From Lingula anatina (lineage: Eukaryota > Animalia > Brachiopoda), in NCBI GenBank assembly GCA_051362555.1, contig CM120646.1, forward strand, positions 7,254,001 through 7,318,000: DNA of 64,000 bases, written 5' to 3'. Positions within the stretch are counted from its first letter, which is position 1. Each line of letters begins with the position of its first letter. The position numbers were made by a program, and so were the translations under genes. Shown here one piece after another: positions 1 to 13,268 of this stretch. Below the pieces are notes generated by a model. It was not told the DNA's origin. It worked only from the letters and a program-made list of their open reading frames with translations, and made no database searches.

Positions 1-550
1 GCCTCTCGAAGAAAATTCATACCCTGCACATGTTATGTTAACTGATCATACTGCATCCAAATTTCAACTTTTTAAAGAGAATCTGGTACGAATTTCTTCT
101 AAAATGGTGATAATGGATAATTCAACAATTCTATAATGCCACTTCCTAAATCTGCAAGTTTTCAAAAAAAAATCTTTCCACAGGGTTGAGCCGCGACTAT
201 CACTTTCTCTTTCAAAAAAAAAAAAAAAAAAAAAAACTTCTTCTGTGCTTCTATCATAACGAAATCCTGTGGCACATATCTTTATTATGAAAATCTCTCT
301 TTCCTTAAATCAGTATTTATATTGTACTGGCTTAGGCCTGTGAGAACGGTCTACCAGTACGGCGGTCAGGATACGGAACGTCCAAAACTGTACACACGAG
401 GCATCGATTCGAATCAATCCCGGGTATTTATTTGTAATGCGAGCACGTAGACAGATGTCGACCCGAGAAGTCACCCGGTTCGCTGTCCTGGGACCATACT
501 TCTCAAGTAAATAAATAATAAATAAACGGAGAGCCCCAGACATAAGACAT
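1..550. repeat. Interspersed repeat, second copy at ~10983-11670
   Basis: 1-550 aligns by eye with 10983-11670 (gcctctcgaagaaaattc...gtcgacccgagaagtca...cctgggaccata). The second copy has ~170 extra bp at ~11013-11180. Confidence 0.85.
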
Positions 551-1095
551 GACATTTCATGGCCTCTTTCGGCCGAGAACGATCGTTGATCAACAATAAA
601 AATCAGCCAAAACACAAACAAAGTTTATTTTTGAACTTTATTGATTAGTTTAACTTCGATACAACTACATGTACAAAGTAATAGTTAAACATTAGCTTGT
701 CGTGGAACACTGCTGATGGACGTCTAGCGGTCAAAAACATAAACAAACACGCGATCGGCTGGGTGAAGTGGCATTTTATTTTTTATTTCAATATTCCATA
801 AATGTCAGTGTTATTCAAGGATATTGTGACACAATATCTTGAAGGAGGTATGTTCTTTCCAAATTTTTGTTGTTTATGCTCTCATTTACCGACTTTTAGT
901 TGAGCTTGCCGACTTAAGTCTCCTCCCGAGGAGGCTAGACATCGTCGACTAGCAGCTAAGAAAAAATCGACGTAAGCGACCTTTTAGATTCTTTGTGAAA
1001 CGGGACTTAGTGACGTAACGACTTAATTACGTTGGTAACCAAGCTCTTAGTCAGGGAAACCGACTTAAGTTTTTTTGTGAAACAGGGGCCTGGCC

Positions 1096-4000
1096 TACAA
1101 AACGAAAGACAACCAATGAAAAAAGAATAAATAAATATTTACAAGCTTCATGGTAACGTATGTATCGGTAATGTATGTATCATATTGACGTAACAAACAG
1201 AATGAACGACCTACAAACGTGCGCACATATACAACATCGCACGCACTAACAAAGCCGTGACAACAGAAAACAAGCAATGGAAACAGCAGAAAACAACACA
1301 TTCATATTATTTGGTTATGTATATATCGGTAACGTATGTATCATATGAACAATTTTTACAGATAGTTGAAAGCAAGAAATCTTATTTGTCTCGTTTTCTT
1401 TCATTTTAATGTAACATTAAAACATAAGTGTTGGCGCACAAAACGAAATACAACCAATGAAAATAGTTACCATGTAGCGTGTAAATACTTTTATTTTATA
1501 TTGTTTGTTTATTATTCTTACGGTATACTACATTACAATAAGAAGGAAAAGCAGGGCAAGTAAAGATTACTTGTCTTGAAAAAGTTTGTTGAAATTGTTC
1601 ATATGATGCATACGTCACCGATACATACGTTACCAAATAATGTGAAGGTAGTGTTTTCTGATTTCATTGTTTGTTCTCTGTTGTCGCGACTCTGTGGTTG
1701 CTTGCGACGTTGTATATGTGCGCACGCATGTTATTACGTCGCTCATTCTTCTTTGTTACGTTAAAATGATACATACGTTACCATAAAGCTTGTAAATATT
1801 TTTTATTCTTTTTTCATTGGTTGTCTTTCATTTTGTGCAACAACACTTTTTTAATGAAACACAAATAAAATGACATAAGTGTTGGCCCACAAAGCGAAAG
1901 AAACCCAATGAAAACAGATTAAATATTTACACGCTTAATGGTAACGTATGTATCGGTAACGTATGTATCATTTTAGCGTAACAAAGAAGAATAAGCGACG
2001 TAAAAACAAGCGTGCGCACATATACAACGTCGCACGCAACCACAGAGTCATTCTTCTTTGTTACTTTAAAATGATACATACGTTACCATAAAGCGTGTAA
2101 ATATTTTTATTCTATTTTCATTGGTTGTCTTTCATTTTGTGCGCCAACACTATTTACATGAAGCATAAATAAAAGACATAAGTGTTGGCCCACAAAGCAA
2201 AGGAAAACCAATGAAAATAAAATGAATATTTACACGCTTCATGGTAACGTGTGTATCGGTAACGTATGTATCATTTTAGCGTAACAAAGTAGAATAAGCG
2301 ACGTAAAAACAAGCGTGCGCACATATACAACGTCGCACGCAACCACAGAGTCACGACAACAGACAAAAAACAATGAAATCAGAAACAAATACCTTCACGT
2401 TATTTGGTAAGGTATATGTATCATATTTACATAACAAATAAGAATGAGGGCCGTAAAACGTAGTGCGCACATATACAAATTCACACCCACTCACAAAGTC
2501 GTGACAACAACAAAAAACAATCAATGGAATCAGAAAACAACACCTTCATATTATTTGGTCACTTACATATCTGTAACGTATGAGTCAAATGGACAATTTT
2601 CACAGATTGTTGAAGGCAAGAAATATTATTTGTCTCGTTTTCTTTTAATTAAATGTAGCATTAAGGCATAAGTGCTGGCCCACAAACCGAAAGACAACCA
2701 ATGAAAATAGAATTAATAAATATTTACAAGCTTCATGGTAACGTTTGTATCGGTATGTATCATATTGACGTAACAAACAGAATGAACGACCTACAAAGAT
2801 GCGCACATATACAAAGTCGCAACAATACAAAATAAACATAACAAAGCCGTGACAATAGAAAACAATCAATGGAATCAGAAAACAACACATTCATATTATT
2901 TGGCCATGTATATATCAGTAACGTATGTATAATATGAACAATTTTCACAGATAGTTGAAGGCAAGAAAACTTATTTGTCTTTTTTTCTCTTATTTTCATT
3001 TTAATGTAACATTAAGCCATGAGTGTTGGCGCACAAAACGAAATACAACCAATGAAAATAGTTACCATGTAGCATTTAAATACATTTATTTTTATTGTTT
3101 GCCGTCCGTTATGTGAGCAAACGCCTTATTCTTACGGTACACTACATTACAATAAGAAGGAAAAGCAGGGCAAGTAAAAATTACTTGTCTTGAAAAAGTT
3201 TGTTGAAATGGTTCATATGATGCATACGCCACCGATACATACGTTACCAAATAATGTGAAGGTAGTGTTTTCTGATTTCATTGTTTGTTCTCTGTTGTCG
3301 CGACTCTGTGGTTGCGTGCGACGTTGTATATGTGCGCACGCATGCTATTTCGTCGCTCATTCTTCTTTGTTACGTTAAAATGATACATACGTTACCATAA
3401 AGCGTGTAAATGTTTTTTATTCTATTTTCATTGATTGTCTTTCATTTTGTGCGACAACACTATTTTAATGAAACACAAATAAAATGACATAAGTGTTGAC
3501 CCACAAAGCGAAAGAAACCCAATGAAAATAGATTAAATATTTACATGCTTAATGGTAACGTATGTATCGGTAACGTATGTATCATTTTAGCGTAACAAAG
3601 AAGAATAAGCGACGTAAAAACAAGGGTGCGCACATATACAACGTCGCACGCAACAACAAAGTCACGACAACAAAGAAAAAAACAATGATATCAGAAAACA
3701 ATACCTTCACGTTATTTAATAAGGTATATGTATCATATTTACATAACAAATAAGAATGAGGGCCGTAAAACGTAGTGCGCACATATACAAAGTCACACCC
3801 ACTGACAAAGTCGTGACAACAGAAAACAATCAATGGAATCAGAAAACAACACCTTCATATTATTTGATCACTTACATATCTGTAACGTATGAGTCAAATG
3901 GATAATTTTCACAGATTGTTGAAAGCAAGAAATCTTATTTGTCTCGTTTTCTTTCAATTTAATGTAGCATTAAGACGTAGGTGCTGGCGCACAAAACGAA

Positions 4001-5030
4001 AGACGACCAAAGAAAATAGAATAAATAAATATTTACAAGCTTCATGGTAACGTATGTATCGGTAACATATATACTATATTGACGTAACAAACAGAATGAA
4101 CGACCTACAAACGTGCGCATATATACAACGTCGCTCGCACTAACAAAGCCTTGGCAACAAAAAATAATCAATGAAAACAGCAGAAAACAACATATTCATA
4201 TTATTTGGTTATGTATATATCGGTAACGTACAGGGTATGTATCGTATGAACAATTTTCACGGATAGTTGAACGCAAGAAATCTTATTTGTCTCGTTTTCT
4301 TTCATTTTATTGATGTTACGTTAAAATGATACATACGTTACCATAAAGCGTGTAAATATTTTTATTCTATTTTCATTGGTTGTCTTTCCTTTCGTGCGCC
4401 AACACTATTTCCATGAAATACAAATAAAAGACATAAGTGTTGGTCCACAAAGCGAAAGAAAACTAATGAAAATAGAATAAATATTTACACTCTTCATGGT
4501 AACGTATGTTTCGGTAACGTATGTATCATTTTAGCGTAACAAAGAAGAATAAGCGACGTAAAAACAAGCATGCGCACATATACAACGTCGCTCGCAACCA
4601 CAGAGTCGCGACAACAGACAAAAAACAACGAAATCAGAAAACAATACCTTCACGTTATTTGGTAAGGTATATGTATCATATTTACATAACAAATAAGAAT
4701 GAGGGCCGTAAATCGAAGTGCGCACATATACAAAGTCACACCCACTCACAAAGTCGTGACAACAGAAAACAATCAATGGAATCAAAAAACAACACCTTCA
4801 TATTATTTGGTCACTTACATATCTGTAACGTATAAGTCAAAGGGACAATTTTCACAGATTGTTGAAAGCAAGAAATCTTATTTGTCTCGTTTTCTTTTAA
4901 ATAAATGTAGCGACAACAGAGAACAAACAAAGAAATCAGAAAACAATACCTTTAAGTTATTTGGTAACGTATACAGTATGTATCATATTTACATAACAAA
5001 TAAGAATGAGGGCCCTAAAACGAAGTTGTA
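1096..5030. repeat. Complex satellite with direct and inverted monomers
   Basis: The core ggtaacgtatgtatc...gtgcgcacatatacaa...cagaaaacaa recurs in both orientations, with a unit of ~340 bp at 1097-1437. A spacer plus inverted block recurs 1614 bp apart (1576 vs 3190). Confidence 0.9.
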
Positions 5031-5862
5031 AAAACCCCTTGATACATTCTGAACAAAAAAACATATGAATAAATAAATTCAAAAAGTGGCGTTACACTAT
5101 CCAATCACAGAAGTTTAATCTCTTTTTCTTTTTACGAAACACTGACCACAACAAAAAGAGTGAGTGATTGGGAACAGGGACGAACTCGTAATGTTCACGA
5201 ACCTGTGGTTGAAGCCTTGATAATGGCATTTGTGCATGCATGCCTGAGGTTTTCCGTGTACTAGCCAGTTATTTCAAACACACACGCACACGATTTGATA
5301 TGATTTGTATGTTAATAAATCTCAAAGACATGCTACATCCTTTACAAAAAAATTTACAAAAAACGAATTGCCCTCAGCCCCCACCCCTCACAAAAATATA
5401 TTTTATTATTTTTATTTTAATTACATAAACATATTCGAGTACATTGTGTGTCGTAGAGGGAGCTTTTTCTGTTTGAAAGCTAAGAGAAGACCACAGGACC
5501 ACAGAGTAAATGATCAGTTCGTGACTTAACCAGGGCGCTGTGGTAGCCAGCCCAGCTGTAACCCACCTCACTATTTACAGCTATTCTTATTTCATCCAGG
5601 GGTCATCTGCTGACCAGGAAACCGTATGGATACCAAAGAGGGTTGGCCGTGTTTGCAGTAAAGCAATGAAAAGTTATAATTAATTTTTTTTGTCCCTTGC
5701 GTGAGATTCACAATTTTTCGCCCCATTTTAACTATAGACATACGTAATAAATGGTGATCACATTTAATAAAGACAAATTTTGATAGTCACACACACTGAG
5801 ATTCCAGCTTGAAAATAAAAAAAAAAGAAAAAAAAACTTCTAAATGCAGGGTTTCATTCCCA

Positions 5863-5868
5863 TATAAA
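5863..5868 (+). promoter_or_regulatory. TATA box of Kunitz gene 1
   Basis: TATAAA lies ~30 bp upstream of an Inr-like CAGT (~5895) and 93 bp upstream of the ATG. Confidence 0.55.
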
Positions 5869-5955
5869 TGAGGTTGGGCGCCGGGCTAGAAGAACAGTCT
5901 TAGACAGTAAACCTTGTACAAAGACTGTGGTTGGTATTTTTCTCATCTTGGTAAA

Positions 5956-6238
5956 ATGCAGTTTAAGCTGGGTGTTAGCTTTGTGCTTTTGTTGGTGGCC
6001 CTTTCACTCGTCGAGGTAAGGTATTGATTGGTTTATTTTCAGTCTCGGTGGATCTAGAGTTATCTTTTGTACACGTGTAAATGGACATCCATTCCTGGTT
6101 TAATTTAGTGATATCAGCACATGAGGACTGGTTGTAGCACTCGTGATGAGTGTTTCATCCCTAGTAGTTTTATATATATTTAATTTCTCAGTTCTGTGCA
6201 TTAAGTGAGCCTTTGAAAAAACTGTTATCCATGTTTGC

Positions 6239-6279
<41 letters not shown>

Positions 6280-6559
6280 TCTCTCTCTCTGACTAGTACA
6301 TGTAGCAAATGATCCACTTAGACCGATGATGTCTAAAGCCCCGGCGGGGTTTGTTACTTTTATTTTTTATCTTTAGGCTCGGTTTCGACCCAGAGCTTGT
6401 TCCTTGCCTGCAGACCCTGGTAACTGCTTAGCGTATTTTCCAAGATACTACTTTAACGGATTTTTCTGTCGAAGATTTATCTACGGCGGCTGCGGAGGCA
6501 ACGGTAATAACTTCCCAACCCTTGCTGCGTGTCTGAGAACTTGTTTCTTTAAGTTCTAA
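5956..6559 (+). CDS. Secreted single-domain BPTI/Kunitz protease-inhibitor-like peptide (80 aa, 2 coding exons)
   Basis: Exon 5956-6015 is signal peptide MQFKLGVSFVLLLVALSLVE followed by gtaag. Exon 6377-6559, after tttag, reads [60 protein letters not shown] with six Kunitz Cys and the [13 protein letters not shown] signature. Confidence 0.93.
6241..6289. repeat. (CT)n microsatellite
   Basis: Read directly, inside intron 1 of Kunitz gene 1. Confidence 0.9.
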
Positions 6560-7362
6560 GTAAGTGCTCTTACTTCCTCTTCCATGCGTTTGCTTGTATC
6601 CTTGATTTGTCATACTTCTCTTTTCCTCGTCGCTTTCTCCTCCTTTCTCTTTTCTTCCATTTGGCTCTCTTCTTTTCTTATTCACGGCTAATTTTTTTAA
6701 AAAAATCTTTGGATACTTAATAATATATAAGGGTCTGCATCGGCACGCACTTTGCGAATCAGTTATGACATGATATGGATACTTATTTTCTATCTGTATA
6801 TGTTAAGCTTGCCATGCCTACATGGAGCATGCACATGCCTATAATTGAGCTCATGTTTGCGTCGTATAGGCCTATACCTCCCTTATACAGCCGCTTATAC
6901 ATGTAGATAAATATAGATTCGATACGTGACGTCATTGATATATATACTCTACTTTATAAACCCAGAGGAATTTCTTACATAGCTTTCTCTGTTTACACGG
7001 GGATCAAATGCATTAAAGAATATCGTTTGATTTAGTGCTAAAGAACAGCTAGTGTCGTCCGTTCTGTTCATCGTAGTACCCAATTCAGACCGCCAGACGG
7101 CAGTACGGTCGCCATCGTGACAAGCTGCAATCCTTCAAATTTTATTTCCGTTTGGTTGGTTGGGACGGTCATTTATCATAAGTCTCGCACGAAGCCCTTT
7201 CAGCGGTCATTCGTTTAATTAGACGACTATTAATCAATCTGTGCTTAACCTGCGGGAAAGCATCCCAAATGGCGACGATTCCTTTTAACAAGCAAGCTCC
7301 TATAGGGCGCTTCTAGTATAAATCGCTTTCAATTCAAAATGTCTTTTATTCTTTTTGTACAG

Positions 7363-7500
7363 GTGCAGCTTTGATCAGCCCAAGTGCACTCACGCCTGAG
7401 GAAAAGCAACAGCAGACATCTCTGGAAATCATTTCAAGATACTTACTGTCAGGTTTATTTTACACGCTGAGTGAGAATAAAAGCTAATGCTGCTCTTTAT
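7363..7500 (+). other. Probable 3' UTR exon of Kunitz gene 1 with polyadenylation signal
   Basis: A gtaagt donor starts at 6560, directly after the stop. A pyrimidine tract plus cag acceptor ends at 7362, and AATAAA is at 7476-7481. Confidence 0.6.
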
Positions 7501-7584
7501 ATCTCAATCTACTTCATTTATGTTTTGTCGTGAATAGTTTGCCAAGTTTGCTTGACGTTTGCTTGACGAATGATTTAAAGGAAT

Positions 7585-10277
7585 GAGGAATACCAGCCCG
7601 CTTGGCGCCAGGTGTCGCTAGTGTGAATTCAGTCCTTCCTAGGTCGCCATGTTGGATATTGTATTACGTTGGACTGTGGTACTGGCCTTAATAAACATGC
7701 CTCAGTATTGTTGTGTACCTGAATGTCAAAGTCGGCAAGGTGGGCATAATTTTCTTGAGGATTCAGGGCTTCGTTTGAAGTGAAGGGTTGCCCATGTCAA
7801 CACACCTTCCATGTTAAAGGGTCAGTTACAACTTGACCCAGGAACAGTAATTAGGCCCCTATAGATAGACGAGTTGCCTCAAAAAGATTACACGTAAAAA
7901 GGTTAATTGATCTTGGCAAACCTTATAAAGTTTTGGAAAGAGAGCTCCATAGCAAGAAAGTGCCCCTAGGAAGTATGATTTATCAAAGTGCGTTTTCTTA
8001 TGTCCGTAATTTCAGAAGAGTTGTCAGTAAATATATATAAGTCCCGGTAGCCTACTACCCGCATAAGGTTGTGTTATTAAGTAATACCCTTTTTTATTGA
8101 TGTATTGAGCATGACCGGTAATGTTAATTAAATAATTATTTTTATTTAAAATCATTATTCAGTACCTCGTAAGAATCATAAAACTAGATATAGTTAGATA
8201 ATTTATTTGTTCATGTACTGGGGAGTATAGATGCAATTTCTCAGCCAATGGAATAATGCGTGTTTGGAAATCTTTTTGTAACAGTTTAAGAAATAAAATT
8301 TAAAGATAGAAAACATTTTATAAATGAACAGTTTTTGTTCTTTTTTTTTTTACAAAATAGCACTTCTGAATTGTTTTACTTGAGTAGAAACACCATCGCT
8401 CTGAAAATTCATTAAAAAGCAGCAAAACCAAATATTTTATTTAAACAAAATAATTATTCAGTCCATAGTAAAAACCATGAAACCATGTAATACTTAGATA
8501 ATTTATTTGTGCTAACTTTCCTGAATATATAGCTGCAATTTCTCAGCCAATGGATTACTGTAGGTATGGAAAACTTTTTGTAACAGTTTAAGAAATAAAA
8601 ATTAAAGAAAGCAAACATTTTACAAATTAACACAGTTTTTTGTTCCTTTTTACAAAATAGTACTTATGAATTATTTTACTTGAATAGAACCACCACATTA
8701 TGTCATCACTTTGAAAATTCTTTAAAAAGCAGAAAAACCAAATTATTTGCTGTAAATACAACTAGCAATTTATTTCATCCCACTAAAATACTTTACAAAA
8801 TAGCATCATAGGTTTTTTTTCATTACAGTTAAATATTATTAAAAACAGCATAAACACATAAGTACTTTTTGTAAAGAATATAGCACCACCAAATTATTTC
8901 ATTTTAGTGAAAACATTTTTTAAAATTGCACTTCAAAATTATAATTGCAGCTAAAACCATCTCATACAGGGGTACTTTCTATAAACTGGTTGACACATAC
9001 TTCCTATAGTGTTTTTCATTAAAAAAAGTTATCCTGGGCAAAATACATGTAGAAAAATATCCAGCGTCAGAATGAATCAACCCCTAAAACAGATCTTTGA
9101 ATGTAAACACAACAAAATAGCAGAATGGGCGATTTGTAATGAACATCTGGCCTTCTAACTTAGTATAGTATTCGCGGGTTTTCTTTAGGCCCAGATTCGT
9201 GCACGAGATACACATTCCAAAAAGGGGAAATCGGGTCCGGGTCCAACTGTCATGTGTCTGCAATGGTTTTTGGACACAACAATTATTCATACAGTTTGTT
9301 CATATACTTCTCTGTAGCTGACATTATCTCTCCAAATCTGGAAGCAGTGATCCGCCATTGTCTCTCCTTGTGTCAGATTGCGCTCTTTCCTTGTTATAAC
9401 TTGCTATGCTCAGTGTCCTTCGCTGTTTGTTCCTCAACCTGAAATAGTCATATCCCATTAAAGCATGGTAGATGGTTACAGCATTAAATAGTTAAGATAC
9501 AATTTTATATTTCTATGATGTCACACATCACCGAGTTTGATAATTCTTTCTCATATTTGGGCCTGATTCTTAATATTAGACCTCTGTTTTCACTTACATC
9601 ATTCCCTCTATCCATGCATTATTGTTTTCATGGCACTTGGCAATAGTTGTTGTCCATCACAGCCGCCTGTAAGTCAGCTTTAGGGTAGGCATAACTGGTG
9701 GCTACATCAATCTTTGCCGCTGATGTGAAGTGACGGGTAAGATTCCTGAAGTAATCATTTTATCCTGCTCTTGAAGTTGGCTGTCCTGGGGTCTTGAAAT
9801 CGACAGTTTCAGGCTTTGCCCCCAATATATGGGCCTTCTTTGGGTAACCTTATAAAGAAAAAAAATAAGTACATTTACTAAGTATAAAAAATCTTCGTCT
9901 TTCGTGCTACTAAAACAAAATATGAGCGTAGGCCTACTCGTACCTACAGTAGTCTACATGTACATAACATGTCAGATTTGACACACACACCTCGACTAAT
10001 GTTCGATTTTTTTCAAGGAAAATAGTTAGCAGTCGTATTTTTCAAGCACTAAATGAAAATAAAACACATACCTTTCAGTCAATTCACATTTTCATCCAGA
10101 TGTTATGGCACCACATTCAAGTAAATTGCGTTTGAGTTGCTTCACTGTCAGCGACGCGTGCACACGCTCCATGTTAAACTCTGGTGTAAAGCCGTGAGCG
10201 AGATTCTGCGAGATTTAAGAAGGACTGCTTTCACCCCCACGCCATCTAGCGGCAGACCCTTAAAGCGGGTATTCCCC
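7585..10277 (+). mobile_element. Decayed, internally deleted ISL2EU/Harbinger-like DNA transposon (THAP-DDE transposase plus opposite-strand YqaJ-like nuclease)
   Basis: Imperfect TIRs gaggaataccagcccgctt / aagcgggtattcccc. On the + strand from 7697, MPQYCCVPECQSRQGGHNFLEDSGLRLK* (THAP N-terminus) is joined to a DDE C-terminal relic (NTPSMLKGQLQL...DRRVASKRLHVKRLIDLGKPYKVL). On the - strand, 9084-9290 contains LKKTREYYTKLEGQMFITNRPFCYFVVFTFKD (YqaJ-like motif). Confidence 0.7.
8190..8745. repeat. Two ~300 bp tandem copies inside the transposon
   Basis: ttagataatttatttgt...gcaatttctcagccaatgga...acagtttaagaaataaaa occurs at ~8194 and ~8494. Confidence 0.8.
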
Positions 10278-10982
10278 AAAATACGAAAAGTATCTACCTA
10301 TTTGCAGAAGTGATTATATAATTTTTCTCTAAAATTTCATGACATGGGGAATAACCGTCATATTTATGGATTTTTAAGTCTCTTAAGTTGTTGGGTTATA
10401 TATTCATATGGGTTATATACTCATATTCAGCGGAGCACGAACATTTTGATGAAATAAATCACTAATGCTGGAATATGCCTGTGCGTGAGATCCTTAGGTC
10501 CTTAGGGACTATTTATGGAATTTCCCGTTTGTCGCTGATAGCGATATTCCAAAAACAATACATGTACATAGAATCATATTATAATGGTAGCTTCTTCCAA
10601 TAACAGTTTAAGATCTGAGTTATGACCACTCTGATATTTCTGACATATTTATATCACGCCAATATTTCGTACTGAGAGTAGAACACAGCTGATGAAATTC
10701 TTTAATGTTGTAATATATGGACATAATTCCATGTTCAATCCATTCAAATTCATAAACAAATTGACATAAATATACGTTTTTATAATTGAGACACCTGTTT
10801 CGAGAACGTCGGAGGCGTGTTTGGTGATATTACTCTACACAGACGGCAGCTGTCTTATATTAACATCTTGTAAAATGAATACAAAAATTATGTCGATTAT
10901 TTATTATTATAAAACTTTAAGTGTATACGCTTATCTTCCACATCGGCTGCTTCCCTTTGAGAAAAGTGATAATTGTCTGTTG

Positions 10983-11670
10983 GCCTCTCGAAGAAAATTC
11001 GTACCCTGCGCATGTACCTGTAGCACCACGATTTGGGGTCTTTGTTTGGTAAGTTACCCTGTGATCAAAAATTTCCAGTCATCAAATTATTTCAGTGCTG
11101 ATTGCCATGTGAACATAATGGTTACTAAATTTTCCTGTCACTCCGCATATTTCGTCTTAAAGTACGAAAATGATGCCGCATTGTTATGTTAACTGATCAT
11201 ACCGCATCCAAATTTCAACTTTTTAAAGAGAATCTGGTACGAATTTCTTCTAAAAATGGTGATAATGGATAATTCAACAAATCTATAATGACACTTCCTA
11301 AATCTGTAAGTTTTCAAAAAAAAAAAAAAATTCCACACGGTTGAGTCGCAACTATCATCTTCTCTCTCAGAAAGAAAAAAAAAACTTCTTCTGCGCTTCT
11401 ATCATAACAAAATCCTGTGGCACATATCTTTATTATGAAAATTTCTCTTTCCTGAAATCAGTATTTATATTATACTGGTTTAGGCCTTTGAGAACGGTCT
11501 ACCAGTACGACAGTACGAAACTGGACACACGCGGAATCAGTTCGAATCAATCCCAGGTCTTTATTTGTAATGCGAGCACGTAGACAGATGTCGACCCGAG
11601 AAGTCATCCGGTTCGCTGTCCTGGGACCATATTTATCAAACAAATAAATCGACGGAAAGCCGAGACATGA
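10983..11670. repeat. Interspersed repeat, copy of 1-550
   Basis: Direct similarity to the start of the window. ORF-track peptides 310-621 and 11470-11673 are paralogous for this reason. Confidence 0.85.
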
Positions 11671-11749
11671 CATGCCCCCCCCACCTCTCGCCGTCTCACC
11701 CTAGCTGTTGGTCGGTAAAGCAGTATGGCCGGAAAGTACATGTATCTTA

Positions 11750-12005
11750 AGGCCCCATTCCCATAGAGACCTTCGGTCTACATGGATCTTCCCAGCTCTG
11801 CAAGGACTCTCGCTGACTGCAATCAGCTTGACACATCTCCCCCAGACGTTAAGTAGAATACAGAAAAGCTGGAGAATGTACATGTACTAGTGCGTAAGAA
11901 GCAAGACGAGGTGAGTCACTCAGTTAAGCTGATTGCACTTAGCGAGAGTCCCCGTACATTTGAGTCGATCCACGTAGACCGATTGTGTCTATGGGAATGG
12001 GCTCT
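11750..12005. mobile_element. MITE with long terminal inverted repeats
   Basis: aggccccattcccatagagac...ctctcgctgactgcaatcagctt is mirrored by aagctgattgcacttagcgagag...gtctatgggaatgggctct. Confidence 0.7.
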
Positions 12006-13223
12006 GAGACAATAACCAGTTTCAGTTAGCATGCCTCTGTGCGATTTTTAAGACTTCTTGTGGCATGGTGGCAATTTTAATTGATAAAACATGTTAAATC
12101 AAAACGTTTGTTTTCACTGGTACTGATAAGGCAGAGTCAGACAAGAAGAATTATAGGTTTGAAAAGCATTAGCCTCGTCAGCTGCACAGAAGGTGAAATA
12201 AATGCATAATTTGTATATAATTTAAGTGTTTTTTATTGATCTCAGCTAATTAAAATGCAGACATGAGAATAAGATATACAAAACCAACTGCTTTTCATTA
12301 AGGCATATGGCGACTGATGTCCCGCATTTTTTAATGATATGTATCTATCAGTAAGACATTCTCTTTCTCACCGTGTATTGCTCAAAATATCGGTTTGCTA
12401 TTTAGTGGTTTAAGAAGATCTTATTCAACTGCAAGTGCTGCTAGTATATTGATATTCACCTCAGCTAATGTCAATCGAAAGCACACAAACATGAACGAAA
12501 TGACAGATACACAAAAATGCCTTAAACAACTTTCCCATCTACAGCACTGATGTAATGAAAAATTAAATACTTCGACGCGCATACGGCAGTATTGGATACA
12601 TTGCAAGACTGATGTAGACGGAATGTGGGTTTCAACTTTAGACCTTAATTTTAAAGTTCTCCAATCCAGGATAAGTGAAAAGTCCTCCTATATGCTGTTA
12701 GAATGACAATTGGCCCAAAACAGACGCCTTTTCTTTCTTGTTACAGCACATGTGCACTGTTTCATTTGGTTGGGTCGATATTGATTTATCTTGGGTAAAA
12801 ATGTTTGAGCCAATTTTCTGGCTTTGTTCAGTAGTGAAATAGTTAGGTACCCATATACTCCGCAAACAGATATCATCAGTATAATTAGCCTCTAAAATGC
12901 GTCTTAAATGCAGTGCCCTTCTATCATGTGTATCTCACCCTTCAGCCACCCACAGAGCAGATCATTGTCTGTCAGCAACTTGTCTGCGGCATGAGGGCGG
13001 GGCAAGATGTAAATTAGCCACGCCTATCATAAAAAAGATTCACGCCCTCTTTTCACTTTACAATAAAGCGTATTGATAACGTAATGCTGGAGGGTTGGAA
13101 AAGGTAATCATTCTACGTAGTACACATGTAATAACTTTGTTTTGTTGGGTTCTTTTTCTTTAGGATAATTATAGAATTAAGTAATTGTGAAAACAAATTG
13201 ATACCGTGCTAAAGCAATTTTTG

Positions 13224-13225
<2 letters not shown>

Positions 13226-13266
<41 letters not shown>
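13226..13266. repeat. (GT)n microsatellite
   Basis: Read directly. Confidence 0.95.

Positions 13267-13268
<2 letters not shown>

Noticed and set aside
1096-5030. CRISPR-like repeat/spacer appearance
   Set aside because: The units are long and degenerate, the intervening sequence is itself repeated, there are no cas genes, and the context is eukaryotic.
1095-5031. Many similar 60-110 aa ORFs that look like a gene family
   Set aside because: They are translations of satellite monomers on both strands, with no splice structure or consistent frame.
5150-5660. Possible SINE or tRNA-derived sequence
   Set aside because: No convincing A/B boxes or cloverleaf, and no second copy in the window.
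6428-6685. Minus-strand 85-aa ORF, and similar antisense ORFs at 38651, 41242, 46986, 50743, 56028 and 60022, plus the + strand ORF at 63209
   Set aside because: They are shadows of real exons on the opposite strand.
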